NCBI GenBank assembly: GCA_963849325.1
Contig: CAWKHF010000005.1
Span: 544,001-608,000 of the forward strand
Direction of reading: 5' to 3'
Length of the DNA: 64,000 nt
Origin: an uncultured Planctomycetota bacterium
Lineage (GTDB): Bacteria; Planctomycetota; Planctomycetia; Gemmatales; Gemmataceae
How positions within the stretch are numbered: the stretch's first letter is position 1; each line of letters starts with the position of its first letter. Below are positions 60,068 through 64,000 of the stretch, piece by piece. A program made the position numbers and the translations under genes. The notes below the pieces were generated by a model. It was not told where the DNA came from and searched no databases. It saw only the letters and a list, made by a program, of their open reading frames with translations.

Positions 60068-63000
60068 TTATCGCGCCTTCTCCTGATACATCTGCCACGC
60101 CAGCAGGCCGCCGGCCAGGGCGCCGGCGCCGAGCAGCGCCGCCGTGCCCGCTCCAACCCGGCGACGGCGCCGCGGCGGCTGCATCGACGGTGGCGGCCCC
60201 ATGCGGCCGCCGAGGCGTGGATGCAGCAGCGACGGGCCGTGATCGTGACTGGACCGATACGGCGCCTGGTGCAGGGCCATTTGGATGACCTGCGCCAGGT
60301 GCAGCGGTTTGCGGCCGGCCCCTTGCAGGATCTGCTCGTGGCAGCTGAAGCCGTCGGCGATGATGAGCGTGTCGTCGTCGGCCTGGCGCACCGCCGGCAA
60401 CAGCCGCTGCTCGCCAACCTTCATCGATACCTCGTAGTGATCGGCCTCGAAGCCGAACGAGCCGGCCATGCCGCAGCAGCCGGGGTCCGGCATGTCGAAG
60501 TCCAGTCCCATCTTTTTCAGGATCGACTGCTCATTCCCGAAGCCGATGACGGCCTTGTGATGGCAGTGGCCATGTACCAGTGCCTTGCGCTGAAGCTGCG
60601 GCGGCCGATAATCCTCCACCTTCGCGTCCAGGAACTCGCTCAGCAGGTACGACTGTTCGCGCAGGCGGCTGGCATCGTGATTGTTCGGCAGAAGGTTAAT
60701 CATCTCGTCGCGGAAGACGGACAGGCAACTCGGCTCCAGGCCGATCACGGGAATGCCGGCCTCGATCTGCGGCTGCAAGGCGGCCAGGATTTCGTGCAGC
60801 ACTTTCTTGGCCGTATCCAACATGCCGAAGTCGTACAGCGGCCGGCCGCAGCACAGGTTGGCCTGCGGCACCCACACCTGGAAGCCGGCGTGCTCGAGCA
60901 CCTCCACGGCGGCCTGGGCGACCTCGGGGTGGAAATAGTTGTTGAACGTGTCCGCCCACAGGATGACCGGCGGTTTGCCGTGGTTGCGCACCTCGCGCTG
61001 GGCGAACCACTCCTTGAACGTGTGGCGAGCGAACGGCGGCATGTGGCGATGCTGCGAGATGCCGCCGAGGAACTTGGCGATGCTGCTCAGACCGGGCGTC
61101 TGGCTGAAGAAGTTGGCGACATCCGGCGCCAGCGACGCCAGGCGCGACCACCAGTGAATCCAGCCCATCGCATAGGCGTGGCGCGGCCGCAGCCGGCCCT
61201 CGTAGTAGTGCGACAGGAATTCGGCCTTGTAGGTGGCCATGTCCACGTTGACGGGACAGTCGCCCTTGCAGCCCTTGCAGGCCAGGCACAAATCGAGCGA
61301 ATCCTTGACCGCCTCACTCTTCCAGCCCTCGGTCAGCACCTCGCCGTTCATCATCTCCCACAAGAGATGCGCCCGGCCGCGCGTGCAGTCCTTCTCCTCG
61401 CGCGTGACCTGGTAGCTGGGACACATGACCTGGCCGCCTTCCTTGCGGCACTCGCCGACGCCGACGCAGCGCAGGGACGCTCGCGCGAACGAACCCTTGT
61501 CCTCCGGGAAGTGGAAGTGCGTCTGCGGCTGCGGCGGGTTGTAGTCCGCGCCGATGCGCAGGTTCTCCGTCAACCTTGTAAGCGTCGATCTTCTTGCCGG
61601 GATTCATCTTCCCTTGCGGGTCCCAAATGGCCTTGAACTCGCGGCATGGCCTGGTACAGCGTCTCGCCGAACATCTTGGGCAAAAACTCGCCGCTGGCCT
61701 GGCCGTCGCCGTGCTCGCCGGACATCGAGCCGCCGTAGCCGACAACCAGATCGGCGGCCTCCTCCAGGAAGCTACGCCATTTCTTGATGCCCTCGGCGGT
61801 GTACAGGTCGAAATCGACGCGGCAGTGGATGCAGCCCTGGCCGAGATGCCCGTACAAGGAGGGTTGGTAGCCGTACTTGTGAACAGCTTGCGCAGCTCGC
61901 GGAGGTAGTTGCCTACCTTCTCGGGCGGCACCGCCGAGTCTTCCCAGCCGGGCCAGTTGTCGGGCTTGCCCGGCACCCAGGCCGTGGCGCCCAGGCCGCC
62001 CTCGCGCACCTTCCAGATCATCTCCTCTTCTTCCGGGTCATCGAACATCTTCATGGTCGGCGGATGGGCCTGCTTCTTGAGCAACTCCATGCAGCGGATG
62101 GCCTGGGCGTCGGCGTCCTCCTTGCTGTCGCCGCCGAACTCGACGAGCAAAAAGCCGGTGCCCTCCGGCATCAGGGCGAGGTTCTTCTTCTTCGATCCCT
62201 TGATGGTCTCGAACTCGAAGAGCAGATGATCCATGCCCTCCAGGGCGGTCGGTTGGAGCGGCAGGATGTCGGTGACGTGGTCGCCGGCGGTGTACACGTC
62301 GGGGTAGCCGAGCACCAGCGTCGTGCGCGCCTTCGGCTCCGGCACCAAACACATCGTCGCCTCCAGAATCGAGACGAGGGTGCCTTCCGAGCCGACCAGG
62401 GCGCGGGCGACGTGGCACTTGTGTTCGGGCAGCAGGTATTCGAGGTTGTAACCGGAGACGCGACGCGGCAGGTTCGGATAGCGACGGCGAATCTCGTCGC
62501 CGTACTTCTCGCGCAGCGCCTTGAGTTTGCCGTAGATCTCGCCGCGGCGGCCGCCCTGGCGGATGATGCTCTCCAACTCTTCGTCGGAGGTTTCGCCGAC
62601 GCGCATTCGTACGCCGTCGTAGGTGAGGATTTCCAGTTCGTGGGTGTTGTCGGCGGTGCGATAGCCCATACCGTGCTTGGCGGCCAACAACGAGTGGGTG
62701 CCGCACGAATCGTTGCCGAGCATGCCGCCGAGCGCGTTGTGGTTGTGCGTGGCCGGGTCGGGGCCGAACGTCAACCCCTGCTTCTTGGCGGCGTCGCGCA
62801 GATCGTCCAGCACACAGCCGGGTTGAACCGTGCCCAGGCGGCGTGGCGGCGTCGATTTTCAGGACACCGTGCATGTACTTGGTGAAGTCCATGACGACGG
62901 CGACGTTGCAGCACTGGCCGCGCAGACTGGTGCCGCCGCCGCGCGACAGGACCGGCGCCCCGAACTGACGGGCCAGGGCCATCGTCTGCACCACGTCTTC

Positions 63001-63235
63001 CTTGCTGCGCGGCAGGACGACGCCGATGGGAGCTTGCCGGTAGTTGGAGCCGTCGGTCGCGTACAGCGCCCGGCTGCCGTCGTCGAAGCGCACTTCGCCC
63101 TCGATGCGATGGCGCAGCTCGGTGCTCGAGTTCGCGGACGGCGGCGGGCGGGATGGCCGTCCGGCTGTCGTCGCGGCGCTGCCGCTCGAAGCGGGCCTTC
63201 TGGTTCTGCTCTCTCAGGACGGTCAGGCTAATCAT
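60068..63235 (-). CDS. FAD-binding + Fe-S (GlcD/GlcF-like) oxidoreductase, several frameshifts
   Basis: YATDGSNYRQ, RGGGTS, GSEGTL, SGEHGDG, CVGVGECR, CLACKGCKGDCP, CCGRP and CCGMAG motifs. Confidence 0.92.
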
Positions 63236-63255
63236 GGCTCTCCTCGAATGACCTT

Positions 63256-63319
63256 GTTTAGCCGCGACGCGCAGCGGAGCGCGGCAAGCCCCGCGCTCCG
63301 CTGCGCGTCGCGGCTAAAC
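63256..63319. repeat. REP-like palindrome, family A
   Basis: Arms near-identical to the 36498 copy. Confidence 0.9.
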
Positions 63320-63328
63320 GGGGAATAT

Positions 63329-64000
63329 CTAACCTTTCCACACCAGGTATTGCTCGGCGTCGGTGTGTTTGAATTCCAGCCCCATGCCGGGGCGCGACAG
63401 ATCGGGATGCAGAGCGCCCTTCTCCGGGTTGAGAGCGCCGTCGAACAGCATGTGCTCGATGCGATCGTGGTCGTGAAAATACTCCATCGGGCGCAACGGC
63501 AGGATGGCGGCGCAGGGATGCACGGATTCCGACGGGCGCAGTGGGCCGACAGCTCCAGACAGTGAGCGGAGCACAGGGCGCCGACCTGCAAGAAGCCGGT
63601 GACGCCGCCGCAGCGCGTGACATCCGCCTGCAGTACGTCCACGGACCCGGCGTCGAGCATGTGGCGGAAGTAACGCAGGTCGTAGCCGTACTCGCCGGCG
63701 GCGATGTCCATGCCGGCCGGGCCCCGATCGCGGATCAAGTGCAAGCCCGCCAGGTCATCGCTGGAGACCGGCTCCTCGAACCACACGACGCCGAACTCCT
63801 GGTGCAGCCGGTGCGCGAAGGCCAGCGCCTGCTTGCGGCTGAAGGCGCCGTTGGCATCGACGAACAACTCGACATCGTCGCCGATCGCCTTGCGCGCCGC
63901 CCGCACGCGCTCGATGTCGTCCTCCGGGTGGGTGCCGATCTTCATTTTGACGCGCGGGATACCTTGCTTGGCCCAGCCGCCGAGTTGCTCCTGGAGCTTC
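63329..64000 (-). CDS. Mandelate racemase/muconate lactonizing enzyme family (5' outside the window; frameshift ~63530)
   Basis: VKMKIG, FVDANGA, WFEEPV, AAGEYGY and EYFHDH motifs. Confidence 0.9.

Overview
High-GC bacterial chromosome segment, most likely from a planctomycete (Gemmataceae-like). The assignment rests on a PVC-type heme/CxxCH dehydrogenase, a LETLEDR-type extracellular protein, Uma2 paralogs and dense REP-like palindromes. Roughly 15 otherwise intact-looking genes carry short frameshifting indels, including housekeeping genes (galK, rsmH, hemD). This looks like long-read assembly error rather than true pseudogenization. The standout locus is at 32950-39277. It encodes a full-length plant-type alpha-glucan water dikinase (two CBM45-like modules, a phosphohistidine domain and a nucleotide-binding domain), then a metal-dependent TIM-barrel protein, then a plant-like (GH13_6) alpha-amylase with a structured leader. 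Together these form a candidate bacterial glucan phosphorylation and mobilisation system of a kind associated with eukaryotic starch metabolism. Other notable items: a membrane-LysM-MraZ fusion next to rsmH; a candidate multi-branched ncRNA between convergent genes; two TA gene stubs cut at one shared CTAG; a minimal Shedu nuclease paired with a RelE-like gene; and REP palindromes inserted in-frame in proteins. No tRNA, rRNA, CRISPR array or transposase was recognised. All family assignments are from motif recognition by eye, not database searches.
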